Below are positions 20,065 through 30,375 of a stretch of 64,000 nt of DNA, in pieces (position 1 is the stretch's first letter; each line of letters opens with the position of its first letter). The DNA is from an uncultured Anaerolineae bacterium. Its GTDB lineage: Bacteria > Chloroflexota > Anaerolineae > Fen-1058. Location of the stretch: contig CAYNML010000003.1 in NCBI GenBank assembly GCA_964398185.1, positions 16,303 to 80,302 on the forward strand, given 5' to 3'. The notes beneath the pieces were generated by a model. It had not been told where the DNA came from, did not search any database, and saw nothing but the letters and a program-made list of their open reading frames with translations. A program made the translations under genes and the position numbers.

Positions 20065-20817
20065 ATGACTGTTTTGCAAGCCGAGCAAGTAACCAAACAT
20101 TACCGCATGGGCGATGTCATCGTCAGCGCGCTGGATCGCGTGGATTTCAGCGTAACGCGCGGCGAGTTCGTCGCCATCATGGGGCCGTCGGGATCGGGCA
20201 AGTCCACACTGCTGCACCTGCTGGGCGGATTGGATGGGGCGTCGGGCGGCGCGATCACGTTGGCCGAGAAACAACTCTCGACGCTAGACGACAACGCCGT
20301 GACGCTGGTGCGCCGCCGCAACGTGGGCTTCATCTTTCAGTTCTACAACCTGGTGCCCACACTGACGGCGGAGGAAAACATTGCCCTGCCCTTGTTGATC
20401 GATGGGCGCGATGTGAAGAAGTCGCAGGCGAAGATCGACGAACTGCTGGCGCTGGTGGGCTTGAGCGAGCGGCGGCGCCACAAACCCGATCAGCTGAGCG
20501 GCGGCCAACAACAGCGTGTGGCGATTGCGCGGGCGCTGGTGACTGATCCGGACATTGTGCTGGCCGACGAGCCGACGGGCAACCTTGATTCGAAGAGCGG
20601 CAAGGCGATTCTGGAATTGCTGCGCCATTCGTGCGACGAGCTGCATCACACCATCGTGATGGTGACGCACGATGCGTATGCCGCCTCGTATGCCGATCGT
20701 GTGGTGTTCCTCAAGGATGGCCGCCTCGTGCGGCAGCTGCAGCGATCGGACGCGAAAGAGGGCGCGGTGATGCAGGCGATTATGGATGTGATGGGGCATT
20801 TGGAAAGTAACGAGTAA
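20065..20817 (+). CDS. ABC transporter ATP-binding protein (MacB/LolD/DevA-like)
   Basis: Walker [10 protein letters not shown], signature LSGGQQQRV, Walker [12 protein letters not shown]; GAGGAG SD 6 nt upstream. Confidence 0.9.
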   Translation: MTVLQAEQVTKHYRMGDVIVSALDRVDFSVTRGEFVAIMGPSGSGKSTLLHLLGGLDGASGGAITLAEKQLSTLDDNAVTLVRRRNVGFIFQFYNLVPTLTAEENIALPLLIDGRDVKKSQAKIDELLALVGLSERRRHKPDQLSGGQQQRVAIARALVTDPDIVLADEPTGNLDSKSGKAILELLRHSCDELHHTIVMVTHDAYAASYADRVVFLKDGRLVRQLQRSDAKEGAVMQAIMDVMGHLESNE

Positions 20818-20870
20818 TGAGTAACGAGTAAGCCGCGTTTTACTCATTACTCGTTACTTGTTACGCGGAA
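20806..20870. repeat. iterated-word palindrome (GTAACGAGTAATGAGTAACGAGTAA / TTACTCATTACTCGTTACTTGTTACG) spanning the ATPase stop and the ATPase-permease spacer
   Basis: the left arm encodes the terminal ESNE* and gives stops in all frames; the right arm is the inverted complement. Confidence 0.7.
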
Positions 20871-20873
20871 ACG

Positions 20874-23483
20874 ATGAGACCTAATAGTTCATTACGCCGT
20901 CTATACGGATTAGCCTTCCGCAACTTGTCGACGCGCAAGACGCGCACGCTGTTGACGGCGCTGGGCATCGTGCTGGGCGTGGCCGTGATCCTGGCGATCA
21001 ACATCGCCAACAGCAGCACGCTGGCGTCGATCAATACGATCTTCGACGAGGCGTCGGGGCTGGCCGATCTGGTGATCGTGCCGTCGAGTTTGACGGGCCA
21101 GGGTTTCAGCGAAGCCGCGTTGGGGCGCGTGAAAGCGATCGCGGGGGTGGAGGCCGCCGTGCCCAGCGTCAGCGCGACGACGCTGCTGGCACAGGACGCC
21201 AAAGGCTGGTCGTTCGACTTCGGGCTGGGCGGCGCCAGCGGCGGCAACAGCCTGTTGTTGTTCGGCATCGATCCGGAGGCCGATCAGCAAGCGCGGCAAT
21301 ACCAGCTGATCGCGGGGCGCTTCTTGAAACCCGGCGAGCGCAGTTATTCTGCCGTGTTCACGCAAGACTATGCCGACGAAAAGAATATCGAAATCGGCAA
21401 GGACGTGGACATTCTGCTGCCCACGGGCGCGGCGACTCTGCGCGCGGTGGGCCTCGTGAAGAAGGACGGGCCGGGCTTGCTGAACAGCGGCGCGGTGGCG
21501 TTTGTGCCGCTGGAGGTAGTGCATGAATTGTTTGCGCGCGGCGGCGAACTGGATCAGATCGATATCGTCGCCACGCCGGAGGCCAGCAGCTCCACGCAAA
21601 AACTGGCGGCCTTGCGTGAAGCGCTGCGCGACAAATTGGGCGGCAAGTTCCTGGTGAACTATCCCGCGCAGCGCGGACAGATCGTGACACAGCAGCTCGC
21701 TTCGTATCAGCAGGGACTGTCGTTCTTCAGCATGATTGCGCTGTTTGTGGGCGGCTTCTTGATCTACAACGCGTTTACCATGACCATCGTCGAGCGCACG
21801 CAGGAGATCGGTTTGCTGCGCGCGCTGGGCGTGTCGCGGCGGCAGGTGCTGCGGCTGGTGATGATCGAAGCGGCGCTGCTCGGCGTGATCGGGTCGATCT
21901 TCGGGGTGATCTTCGGGCTGATCATGGCGCAGGGTTTGATTGCGCTGATGGCGACCATCACGGCCACGGAAATCGTCACGGTCAGCATTCCAGCCGATGG
22001 GTTATTCACGGCCCTGCTGGTCGGCCTGGGCGTCACGCTGATCTCGGCCCTGCTGCCGGCATGGCGCGCGACGCGCATCAGCCCGCTGGCCGCGCTGCGC
22101 ATCAAAGGGCGCGACGATCCGGCCGGCGCGCCGCGCAAGTTGGGCTTTGTGGCAGGCGCCGAGCTTGTGATCGTCGGGATGCTGTTTGTGTATGCGATCC
22201 CGCTGCGCGATGCGGTGGTGTTTCAGGTGGGCAGCCTGGCTGTGTTTGCGATGCTGCTCGGCGCGACGTTGATGGTGCCGGTCTCGCTGGACTTCATGGA
22301 GAAGTTCGCGCGGCCCGTCATCAGCAAGATCTTCGGGCGCGAGGGTATCATCGGGGCGGGCAACATCCAGCGGGCGCGCGGGCGCACCTCGTTGACGGTG
22401 GCGGCGTTGATGGTGGGCGTGTCGATGGTGATCTCAATCGGCGCGATGAGCCGCTCGTTCCAGCAGGACATCGACGCCTGGGTGGACACGTCGGTGGGGG
22501 GCGATCTGATCGTGCGCTCGCCGCTGCATATGCAGATCGAATTTGGATCGCGGCTGGCTTCGCTGGCGGGCGTGGAAGCGGTGACGACGGGTCGTTACTT
22601 CGGCGTGAAGCGCGCCGGCAATACACCCGATGATCTGGCGCTGGTCTTTCAGGCGCTCGATCCGCAGACGTATTGGGAGGTGGCCTCGTTCCAGTTTTCA
22701 GAAGACAAGGAACTGCTGCCGCAGATCAAGGAAGATTTCGCCAACGGCGGGCTGCTGGTCTCGACGACGGTGGCCGATTACTACGATCTGCAGCGCGGCG
22801 ACACGTTTGAGTTGGAGACGCGGCGTGGCGTCCAGTCGTTTCCAGTGGCGGGCATCGTCAGCGATTTCACCGGGCAGGGTTTTGTGCTGAACGGTTCGCT
22901 GGAGACGATGCGACGCTATTTCGCCATCAACGATGTCGATCGGTTCACGCTGAAACTCGCGCCGGGCGCGGACGTGAACGCCGTCAAGCAAGCGATCGAA
23001 GATCAATACGGCGCCAGCCGCCATGTGCAGGTGGAGACCACCGCCGCGTTTCGCGCGCGCATCCGCGAGTTGACCAATCGCGCGTTCGGCCTGTTGGATG
23101 TGCTGGCGTCGATCGGGGTGATTGTGGCCGCGCTGGGCGTGATCAACACGCTGATGATGAACGTGCTGGAACGGCGCAGGGAGATCGGCGCGCTGCGCTC
23201 GATCGGCATGACGCGCGCGCAGATCATCCGCATGATTCTGGCTGAGGCTGGCGCCATGGGTGCCATCGGCGCAGTGTTCGGCATCGGCTTTGGGATCTTG
23301 TTGTCGCGGGTGTTTGTGGAAGGCATGAAGATCATGACGGGCTACCGGCTGGAATTTTCGCTGCCATTTCAGTCGCTGCTGCTGGGCCTGGCGATTGCGC
23401 TGATCGTGTCGCAAGTGGCGGCGCTGTATCCGGCGTGGAAGGGATCGCGCGTGAATATTGTCGAGGCGATCAAGCATGAGTAA
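20874..23483 (+). CDS. ABC transporter permease with two FtsX-like domains (MacB/DevC-type)
   Basis: 869 aa with two 4-TM FtsX modules separated by large extracytoplasmic domains. Confidence 0.85.
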   Translation: MRPNSSLRRLYGLAFRNLSTRKTRTLLTALGIVLGVAVILAINIANSSTLASINTIFDEASGLADLVIVPSSLTGQGFSEAALGRVKAIAGVEAAVPSVSATTLLAQDAKGWSFDFGLGGASGGNSLLLFGIDPEADQQARQYQLIAGRFLKPGERSYSAVFTQDYADEKNIEIGKDVDILLPTGAATLRAVGLVKKDGPGLLNSGAVAFVPLEVVHELFARGGELDQIDIVATPEASSSTQKLAALREALRDKLGGKFLVNYPAQRGQIVTQQLASYQQGLSFFSMIALFVGGFLIYNAFTMTIVERTQEIGLLRALGVSRRQVLRLVMIEAALLGVIGSIFGVIFGLIMAQGLIALMATITATEIVTVSIPADGLFTALLVGLGVTLISALLPAWRATRISPLAALRIKGRDDPAGAPRKLGFVAGAELVIVGMLFVYAIPLRDAVVFQVGSLAVFAMLLGATLMVPVSLDFMEKFARPVISKIFGREGIIGAGNIQRARGRTSLTVAALMVGVSMVISIGAMSRSFQQDIDAWVDTSVGGDLIVRSPLHMQIEFGSRLASLAGVEAVTTGRYFGVKRAGNTPDDLALVFQALDPQTYWEVASFQFSEDKELLPQIKEDFANGGLLVSTTVADYYDLQRGDTFELETRRGVQSFPVAGIVSDFTGQGFVLNGSLETMRRYFAINDVDRFTLKLAPGADVNAVKQAIEDQYGASRHVQVETTAAFRARIRELTNRAFGLLDVLASIGVIVAALGVINTLMMNVLERRREIGALRSIGMTRAQIIRMILAEAGAMGAIGAVFGIGFGILLSRVFVEGMKIMTGYRLEFSLPFQSLLLGLAIALIVSQVAALYPAWKGSRVNIVEAIKHE

Positions 23484-23485
23484 GT

Positions 23486-23560
23486 GGTTGTTGGTTGTTG
23501 GTTGTCGGTCGTTGGTTGTTGGTTGTTGGTAGTTGGTTATGCACAGCGACCAACAATCGC
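23486..23560. repeat. GGTTGTT heptamer microsatellite (about 8 units) followed by an inverted ACCAACAA segment
   Basis: direct inspection; starts 3 nt after the permease TAA, ends 10 nt before the HlyD start. Confidence 0.7.
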
Positions 23561-23569
23561 AGTGGAGGG

Positions 23570-24793
23570 ATGATGAAAGGCAAACAGATCTTTGGACTTA
23601 TTGTAGGGGTGATCGCTTTGAGCGCGATCGGGTTCTTGGGCTATCAGCGCTTTCTGGCGCCCGAACCGACGGCGACACCAACGCCCGTCGCGGCGGCGAA
23701 AGTCGAGGCTGATGTCGTTTCGGCGCAGGGCTTCGTGGCGCCGCAGCGCAGTAGCGAGCTGGCATTCCGATCGGGCGGGCGCGTGACGGAGGTGTTGATT
23801 GCCGAGGGCGATCAGGTCACGCAGGGCCAGGCGCTCATCCGCTTGCAGGCTGATCAATGGCAGGCGGCGGTGGCGCAGGCGCAGGCTGTGCTTGATCTGG
23901 CCAAGGCGAATCTCGATCAGGTGAAACAAGGCGCGCGAGCGGAAGACATTTCCGCGGCGGAAGCGCAGGTGCAAGCCGCCGAAGCGCAGGCGAAAGCGGC
24001 CGCGGCGGAACGCAATCGCTTGACGGGCGGCGCGACGGATGCGGCTATCGCCGCGGCCCAGGCGCGTCTGTCGGCGGCGCTGGTGGAGCAGAAGGTGGCG
24101 CAAGATGCGTATGACAAAGTGACGCAATGTGTGACGGTCAACGGCAACGAAGTGTGCCCGGGCCTCGGCACGCCCGAAGAGCAGGCGCGCGCGAGTCTGG
24201 CGGCGGCGAATGAAGCCGTGAACGCCGCGCGCAAAGCCTTGACCGAAGCCACGCGCGGATCGAGCCAGCAGGTGCAGGCCGCGCAGGCGAATGTGGCGGC
24301 GGCGCAGGCGCAGATCGATATGGCGCGGGCGCAGCTCGAGCGGGTGAAGGCGGGCGCAACCTCGGCGCAGATCGCAGCGGCAGACGCGGGTGTGGCTCAG
24401 GCCGAGGCGGGCTTGCAAGCCGCGCAGGCCGCGTTGAACGAAGCCACGTTGATCGCGCCGTTCGCCGGGACGATCGCGCAGATCGACACGGAAGCGGGGC
24501 AGGTCGTGGGGCCGGGCGTGCCGATCGTGAGCATGGCCGATCTCAACGCGTGGGTGATCGAGACGGACGATCTGAGCGAGGTCGATGTGATCAACGTGCA
24601 GCCCGATCAAGCAGTGACGATCACCCTGGATGCGCTGCCCGGCGTAAAGTTGAACGGTAAGGTGCTGGCCATCATGCCGAAGGCGCAGACCAAGCGCGGC
24701 GATGTGACGTACACCGTCAAGATTGCGATCGAGAATCCTGATCCGCGTTTGAAGTGGGGGATGACGGGGCAGGTGGAAATCCAGGTGCGGTAG
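23570..24793 (+). CDS. HlyD-family periplasmic adaptor / membrane fusion protein
   Basis: N-terminal TM, long Ala/Gln coiled-coil, C-terminal beta-barrel (IAPFAGTIAQI...). GGAGGG SD; ATG at 23570 preferred over the ORF from 23495. Confidence 0.8.
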   Translation: MMKGKQIFGLIVGVIALSAIGFLGYQRFLAPEPTATPTPVAAAKVEADVVSAQGFVAPQRSSELAFRSGGRVTEVLIAEGDQVTQGQALIRLQADQWQAAVAQAQAVLDLAKANLDQVKQGARAEDISAAEAQVQAAEAQAKAAAAERNRLTGGATDAAIAAAQARLSAALVEQKVAQDAYDKVTQCVTVNGNEVCPGLGTPEEQARASLAAANEAVNAARKALTEATRGSSQQVQAAQANVAAAQAQIDMARAQLERVKAGATSAQIAAADAGVAQAEAGLQAAQAALNEATLIAPFAGTIAQIDTEAGQVVGPGVPIVSMADLNAWVIETDDLSEVDVINVQPDQAVTITLDALPGVKLNGKVLAIMPKAQTKRGDVTYTVKIAIENPDPRLKWGMTGQVEIQVR

Positions 24794-24890
24794 TGCGATA
24801 GTGCGGCAGTCTTGTAGTCAGGTAGTCGAAGCCCCGTCGGCTGGAGAAGTCGGCGGGGCCTTATTATGCTGGCCGGTCATTCCCGCGCGC

Positions 24891-27800
24891 TTATGGCCTG
24901 ATGGCTTCCGTGAGAACCACGCGCTGCTGCGCGGCATCGATCGCGTGTGTGCCGCTGACGGGCAGGCGGCCGGCGGGCTCATACAACCCGATCGCGATGC
25001 GGTATTCACCCGGCGGCACATTCGCCAGCGGAATGAGCAACGTCTCGGTGATCACTTCGTTCGCGATCCAGCGCGAGGTGGGATAGGCGTTGTGGCGCGG
25101 CATGGCGTCCCACTGCGCGACGATGGTCTCGGTGGCCGGATCAAAGATGTGCGCGAAGACTTTGTAGTTGCGGGTGATATCGCGCCGCGCCTGCCACGCC
25201 AGATCGATCTGCAGCGTATCGCCCTCGCGTTTCAGATCGTAACCCAGCAATTGAATCTGATCCCCGAAGACCGCATCGAGCGGCTGAGACATGGTCGGTG
25301 CGTTGAAGTTGCGGGCGGGCGGCTCGATGGCGCGCCACGCGTGCGGATCAAGATGAATGCCGTCGATGGTCGTGCGGCCCACTTCTGCTTGCGAGGCGAC
25401 ACGATAGAGGATCACGTCGAGCGCATAGACTTGATCGCGCGGGAGATCGGCGGGCAGATCGAGTGTGTATGCGTCGTTAAGCGTGCCCGGCTGCCACGCG
25501 CTGGTCGGCTGAAAGCCATAGCCGGGCTGCGTATCGAGTGAAGTCCAGACTTTGCCAGAAGAATCGTGCAGCCGCAGCGAGATGCCGTAGTTCGCATCTG
25601 TCACACCAGAGATCGCCCACTGCAGCAGCACGTCGAGACGATCCAGATCATGCAGTTGCGTTTGCACTGCCGCGAGTCCGATGTTGGGCGTGAGCGATCC
25701 GAATTGGGGTGAGGTGGGCTCGTCGGAATGCTTGATCCAGATCGGCGCGAGGAACTGAGTATCATCGCCTACTTGCACCGACACGTAGTACATGCCGGTG
25801 GGTAAGGCGTAGGGCACATGTAATGTCACTCTGTTCTGCCCGTTCTGTACAGGCGTAACCGTCTGTGTGATCGGACTCGGCCCGCCGAACAGATGCGTGG
25901 ACGGTGCAACGAGCGAGACGGTGGCGCTTACCTCCGCCGACGAAGCAATGCTCCACTCCATGTCTACTTCTACGCTGCCCGTATCTGGCGCAAAGCGTGC
26001 CTCAGACTTCATCAGACTGATGTCGTCACGAAAAGCATAACCGCCCGGATTGTGATGCAGCCACGGCTTGCTGACGAAGTCCATCGTTAGGTCGCGCGCC
26101 TCAGCGGACACCGCATAAACGTGCTGTGCCACGGCGATGAAGAGACCGTATCCAAAAACGATCAACGCGGCCCACCACACATTGCGAGACGGAATCAAAT
26201 GGCGCAGATCAACATCCAGACCGTTCGTGTCACGATAAAAGCGAATCAACAAGAAGACGGTAAGTACCGCCAGTGTGATGAGCGAGACAGCTTCGCCAAC
26301 GGTGCGGAGGAGCGTATTACTCAACCACACGTCGAGACGGTCTCCGCCGTTCCGGGTTACATCCACTTGTACATAGCCCAGATCGGGCGCGGCGCGAGCG
26401 GGTATGTCCGCGCCATTTTGATAAGCCCGCCAGATCGGCCAGTAAATGATCGGCAAATTAAGGGTGGCCGTTTCCGATTGAGTGCGCACGCTCCACGTTT
26501 GCCAAGTGGCGCCCCATTGAGACTGCATGGAATCTACAGAGCCAGCAGAAACGATCGGGCGGAGAAGAATCGCCGTTGGATCGATCAACAGCGGCCCGGT
26601 GTGCGGTCGCGGGATCAGCGTGCGCGGCAGATACTCGGCGCGGATCGTTGTGCCGATGTTGCCGGTGAACGCTTCGTACAGCTGCAACCGTTGGGGCGTG
26701 ATCTCATCCGATCGGATGGGCAAGTAATCGGGGCGCAGGGTGAACAGCATTGACGCGACGAGGATCAATCCAACCGGCACAGCCACACGCGCCGGACGCG
26801 TGACAACCAGCGCTAGATACCCAATCGTCAACGAGGTGAACAACGCCTGAATCGACAGGAAGCGCCACGGGAATTGTGTGTACGATAGCAGCGGCAGCGT
26901 GTCCCACAACGGTTTGGACAACGGCGTGATCATGAACGTGGACAACGCCAGCCCGATCAGCACGAAGAGGCGGAACGAACTTGAATCCGTTTTAACGGAT
27001 TTGTCTTGAGCAGCGACCGAATTCATTCGGTCGCGTTTCCACGTCACGATCAAGGCAATGAGGCCCGCCACTGTCCCGATCGCTTGCACCAGCCCCATCG
27101 CAAACGGCGAATTCGATCCGGGCGCGGTCGTAATCGCGTAGTCGAAGCCGATCGAGTTTTGGATCAGGTTCGCCGCCCGGAAGTGTTCGGCATAGTTGAA
27201 GTAGCCCGTCGTCTGCACAGCGCCGACTTGCGTCAGGCTCGCTTCGCCCAAAGCAGGCAGCCAGAAGAACGCGGACAGCGCGAAGGCAAGCAGAAGTCCA
27301 GCGCCAATGCCAAGGATGGTGCGCCCCACTGGGAAGCTTGGCACTGTTACGTGTTGCGTATTGCGTATTAACCACGCACCACGCACTACGCCATACGTGA
27401 TGACGAACGGCGAGAAGATCAGCGCCGAGATGTTGTGCGTGAGAATCAAGCCGCCGTAAGACAGCGCCAGCAGCGGCCAATTGCGGGCGGAATCAAAGAT
27501 GCGATCGATCGACCACAAGATGAGCGGATAGAAGATGAACGCGTAGAACTCGCTCAGCGAATCGCCGCGCACGTAGACGTTGACCAGGTGAAATGGCGCA
27601 TAGAGGTAAGCGACCGCCGCCAGCCACGCCGCCCAACGAGTAGTGAAATGCCGCCGTGCCCAGCCGTACAGCGCGAAGCCCGCGCACACGAAGCCCAGCG
27701 TCTGCACGATCTTGATCGAGGTGAGCAGATCGAAGCCGAGGAAGTTGAAAATCGCCGCAAAGTAATACGGCAGCGCAGCATAGAAGTTAAAAAAGGGATA

Positions 27801-28058
27801 GCCCAGGCCGTAAGCCGCGTCAGGCATCCACCGCATGGGGAAAACGCCCTCGCGCAGGTTCGCCATCAATTGATGCAAGCGGAAAAACAAGAAGGGACTA
27901 TCGCCGCCGCCGCGCGTATTGACGAGTCCCGGCCCGGTCCACAACGGCAGCGCGGCCAGCAGCGCCGCAAGCAAAAGCGTCAGACCGATCCAGGGGATCG
28001 ATCTGACGCTTGCGCGAAAACCCGATTGAGGTTGTACGGCAGAAGCGGCGTTGGTCAC
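24891..28058 (-). CDS. large polytopic membrane protein, PTPS-related/YfhO-like putative GT-C glycosyltransferase with a C-terminal soluble domain
   Basis: N-terminal motif GGGDSPFLFFRLHQLMANLREGVFPMRWMPDAAYGLGYPFFNFYAALPYY typical of 6-pyruvoyl-tetrahydropterin-synthase-related membrane proteins. More than 12 TM segments. C-terminal domain (QLLGYD...FAHIFD...GEYRIAIGLYE) shared with both GT39 proteins. GTG start. Confidence 0.65.
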   Translation of the reverse strand: MTNAASAVQPQSGFRASVRSIPWIGLTLLLAALLAALPLWTGPGLVNTRGGGDSPFLFFRLHQLMANLREGVFPMRWMPDAAYGLGYPFFNFYAALPYYFAAIFNFLGFDLLTSIKIVQTLGFVCAGFALYGWARRHFTTRWAAWLAAVAYLYAPFHLVNVYVRGDSLSEFYAFIFYPLILWSIDRIFDSARNWPLLALSYGGLILTHNISALIFSPFVITYGVVRGAWLIRNTQHVTVPSFPVGRTILGIGAGLLLAFALSAFFWLPALGEASLTQVGAVQTTGYFNYAEHFRAANLIQNSIGFDYAITTAPGSNSPFAMGLVQAIGTVAGLIALIVTWKRDRMNSVAAQDKSVKTDSSSFRLFVLIGLALSTFMITPLSKPLWDTLPLLSYTQFPWRFLSIQALFTSLTIGYLALVVTRPARVAVPVGLILVASMLFTLRPDYLPIRSDEITPQRLQLYEAFTGNIGTTIRAEYLPRTLIPRPHTGPLLIDPTAILLRPIVSAGSVDSMQSQWGATWQTWSVRTQSETATLNLPIIYWPIWRAYQNGADIPARAAPDLGYVQVDVTRNGGDRLDVWLSNTLLRTVGEAVSLITLAVLTVFLLIRFYRDTNGLDVDLRHLIPSRNVWWAALIVFGYGLFIAVAQHVYAVSAEARDLTMDFVSKPWLHHNPGGYAFRDDISLMKSEARFAPDTGSVEVDMEWSIASSAEVSATVSLVAPSTHLFGGPSPITQTVTPVQNGQNRVTLHVPYALPTGMYYVSVQVGDDTQFLAPIWIKHSDEPTSPQFGSLTPNIGLAAVQTQLHDLDRLDVLLQWAISGVTDANYGISLRLHDSSGKVWTSLDTQPGYGFQPTSAWQPGTLNDAYTLDLPADLPRDQVYALDVILYRVASQAEVGRTTIDGIHLDPHAWRAIEPPARNFNAPTMSQPLDAVFGDQIQLLGYDLKREGDTLQIDLAWQARRDITRNYKVFAHIFDPATETIVAQWDAMPRHNAYPTSRWIANEVITETLLIPLANVPPGEYRIAIGLYEPAGRLPVSGTHAIDAAQQRVVLTEAIRP

Positions 28059-28143
28059 GCTGAGCCTCTACTGCGAAACCGAGTCTCTCCAGCGCCGATC
28101 GGTGTACGCGGCAGTCCGCAGAAACCCGGTTTTACACGGTGCT

Positions 28144-28701
28144 TTACGCGCTGCGCGCGCGGCGCAGAATGCTGTACGCCAGGAAACCGGCTGCGCCCAG
28201 CACGCCGATACCCAGCACGCCCAGCGCGATGCGCCCGATGGTCGACATGCCGCCCGTGCTGCCAGCGGTCGCCTGATTGTTCTCCGGTTGCGCGCCCAGA
28301 TTCACGCCGTAATTGATCTCGTACTGTGCGCCGCTGGCCAACGGCACAGCCCACTGCCCTGAAGTCGTCACCTGGCCCTTGACCTTGTTCACATCGGGTC
28401 GGGCTTGCACGGTGTACTGGCCCACCGCCAGATTCCCAAAGCAGTAGGCTTGATCAACTTCCGTGCCGTCGGTGCGATAGCTGGCCAGCCGGCCTGTTTC
28501 ATTGGACAGGATGAACGTGACATTGGCCAACAGCGGTTCATCGGGTGGCGTGTAGGTGCCGTCGCCATTAACATCGTTAAAAGCGCGCACGCAGATTTCG
28601 CCCACGCCTTGCGGCCATGGCGCGGCGGCCTGCGCGGCCGGCAAGCCTGCCAGCAAGGATGTGGCGACAACCAGCAAACTGATCCAGCGTATGAAGCGCA
28701 T
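28144..28701 (-). CDS. secreted SdrD-B-like (Cna-B-type) domain protein with a C-terminal TM anchor
   Basis: signal peptide; ICVRAFNDVNGDGTYTPPDEPLLANVTF...YCFGNLAVGQYTV; C-terminal Gly-rich TM + RRARSA. Confidence 0.6.
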   Translation of the reverse strand: MRFIRWISLLVVATSLLAGLPAAQAAAPWPQGVGEICVRAFNDVNGDGTYTPPDEPLLANVTFILSNETGRLASYRTDGTEVDQAYCFGNLAVGQYTVQARPDVNKVKGQVTTSGQWAVPLASGAQYEINYGVNLGAQPENNQATAGSTGGMSTIGRIALGVLGIGVLGAAGFLAYSILRRARSA

Positions 28702-28725
28702 GATGCGGTTCCTCTCTGCCTGAAG

Positions 28726-30276
28726 TTAGGCGCGCCGGCGCGCGATGACGAAGGCGCCGATGACGCCCGCCGCCAGCAGCAGCACCAATCCGCCGATGCC
28801 GGCCAGAATGCCGCCGATGTTCGATCCTCCGCCCGACGAGCTGCTGGATGATTCGCTGCCGCTGGTCGTGGTGGTGGCGCCTTCACCCGAGCGGCTGCCG
28901 AAGTCGATGCTGACCCTGGCGCCGGCTGACAGGGGCACACTCCACCGCTCGTCCGAGGTGGCCGTGGTATTGGGCGCGGGCTGCACGGCAATGCTGTAGC
29001 TGCCCGGCTTCAAATCACTCAGGCAGTGGGCGTCTGCGGCGTCGGTGGACACGTGCTCGGTCACCGTGGCGCCATCACCATCGATTACGGTGAACGTGGC
29101 GCCAGCGACTGGCCCTTCACCGGGATCGCGCAGCGCATCGGCGTTGACATCTTCATAGGCAAACAGGCACAATGTGGCCAGATTTGACGCGGCTGCTACC
29201 TCTGTCGCCGCTGCCGTCGGGGGCACGGCGGGTTCCGTCTGTGGCGTCGCAGCGACCGGCGCTTGCGGCGTTTCTGCCGACGGCTGTGCGGGGGCCGAGG
29301 TGGCGGTGGGCTGCGGCGCAGCCGTGGGCTGCGGGGCAGTGGAACCCGCGCCGCCTTTGATGATGATCTTCTGCCCGATCGAGAGAATTGACTGCGCGTT
29401 CAAGCCGTTCAACGCGTAGATGGTATCCAACGGCACATTGTATTGGAACGACAGTCCAAACAACGTGTCGCCGGCCACGACCGTATGCACGATGGCGCCG
29501 GTCGCATCGGGTTGTACCGCGGGCTGCGGCGGCGTGGTGGCCTGCGGTTGCGGCTGTGGCTGCGCGGCTGTGGTTGGCTGCGCCGTAGGCTGCGCGCCCA
29601 GAATCACCAGCTCAGCCTGATCCCACCACGCATCCAGGTGGATGGCGCCGGAACCGCGCCAGTCGTTGCGCGTGAACACCACTACCTTGCCAGCGGCCCC
29701 CACGGTGCCTTCCGTGCACAGCTGCCCCCAGGTATCATGTGGATTCCCCGCAGCCGACCACTTGATGTTGGGATTGTCCCAGTTGGCATCCCCCTCCAGA
29801 AAAATACCGACTTGCGAACGGCCATTCATGGCAGTAACTGACGGGTCGCCTTTGCCGTAGTCCCTGTTCTGGGCGTACAGGCGCGAGTGGGCGCAGAAGC
29901 GGACTTGCGACCCGGCCGGGATGCCGCCGACCGCCTGCGACCAACCCCCAATCCACGGGTCATACTGGCGGCCAATATGGGCCGAAGCATCGCCCTCCAG
30001 AACCAGCTCCGGGTACGCTCCAGAAGGATTGGTCTCGGCGCTGAAATCGGGGTTCAGCGCGTACTGCAATTCTGAAGCATTGTTCGGTTTCTCAATGATC
30101 TGGAACCAGCGGCCCCAACCGGTGGGCTGTTTGTTGCTGTCCGTGTAGGGCAGGTTCATGCCCGGATTTTGCAGCAGGTTGCCAGACTGAGCTTGCAAGA
30201 CAGCCGGTGCGACGGCCAGCGCCGCAGCGATCAGCGCCAGCACACTGCCCCAGATGATCAACTTCTTGATGTTCAT
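28726..30276 (-). CDS. surface protein: signal peptide, CBM4/9-like domain, LysM, PT/PQ linker, SdrD-B-like domain, C-terminal TM anchor
   Basis: NLLQNPGMN... start of a CBM_4_9-like beta-sandwich; LysM (IVHTVVAGDTLFGLSFQYNVPLDTIYALNGL); LCLFAYEDVNADALRD...; C-terminal ...ARRRA. Confidence 0.65.
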   Translation of the reverse strand: MNIKKLIIWGSVLALIAAALAVAPAVLQAQSGNLLQNPGMNLPYTDSNKQPTGWGRWFQIIEKPNNASELQYALNPDFSAETNPSGAYPELVLEGDASAHIGRQYDPWIGGWSQAVGGIPAGSQVRFCAHSRLYAQNRDYGKGDPSVTAMNGRSQVGIFLEGDANWDNPNIKWSAAGNPHDTWGQLCTEGTVGAAGKVVVFTRNDWRGSGAIHLDAWWDQAELVILGAQPTAQPTTAAQPQPQPQATTPPQPAVQPDATGAIVHTVVAGDTLFGLSFQYNVPLDTIYALNGLNAQSILSIGQKIIIKGGAGSTAPQPTAAPQPTATSAPAQPSAETPQAPVAATPQTEPAVPPTAAATEVAAASNLATLCLFAYEDVNADALRDPGEGPVAGATFTVIDGDGATVTEHVSTDAADAHCLSDLKPGSYSIAVQPAPNTTATSDERWSVPLSAGARVSIDFGSRSGEGATTTTSGSESSSSSSGGGSNIGGILAGIGGLVLLLAAGVIGAFVIARRRA

Positions 30277-30375
30277 GGTGTTACTTCTCCTTTGGATGTT
30301 AGCCGCAATTATAAACCATTTTGCGCGTGCGTCCGGGGTGGAACCACGGCGGGAAATGACGGGGTGATTGACAGG

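Noticed and set aside
23486-23560. GGTTGTT heptamer repeat considered as a possible CRISPR or microsatellite with phase-variation potential
   Set aside because: Units are 7 nt with no spacers, so it is not a CRISPR array. It lies between the permease stop and the hlyD SD rather than inside a CDS or promoter -35/-10 spacer, so phase variation is not supported. It is kept only as part of the gene-end palindrome family.
24829-24862. Possible terminator hairpin after hlyD (GCCCCG-N17-CGGGGC)
   Set aside because: Only a 6-bp stem with a large loop and no U-tract; too weak to call.
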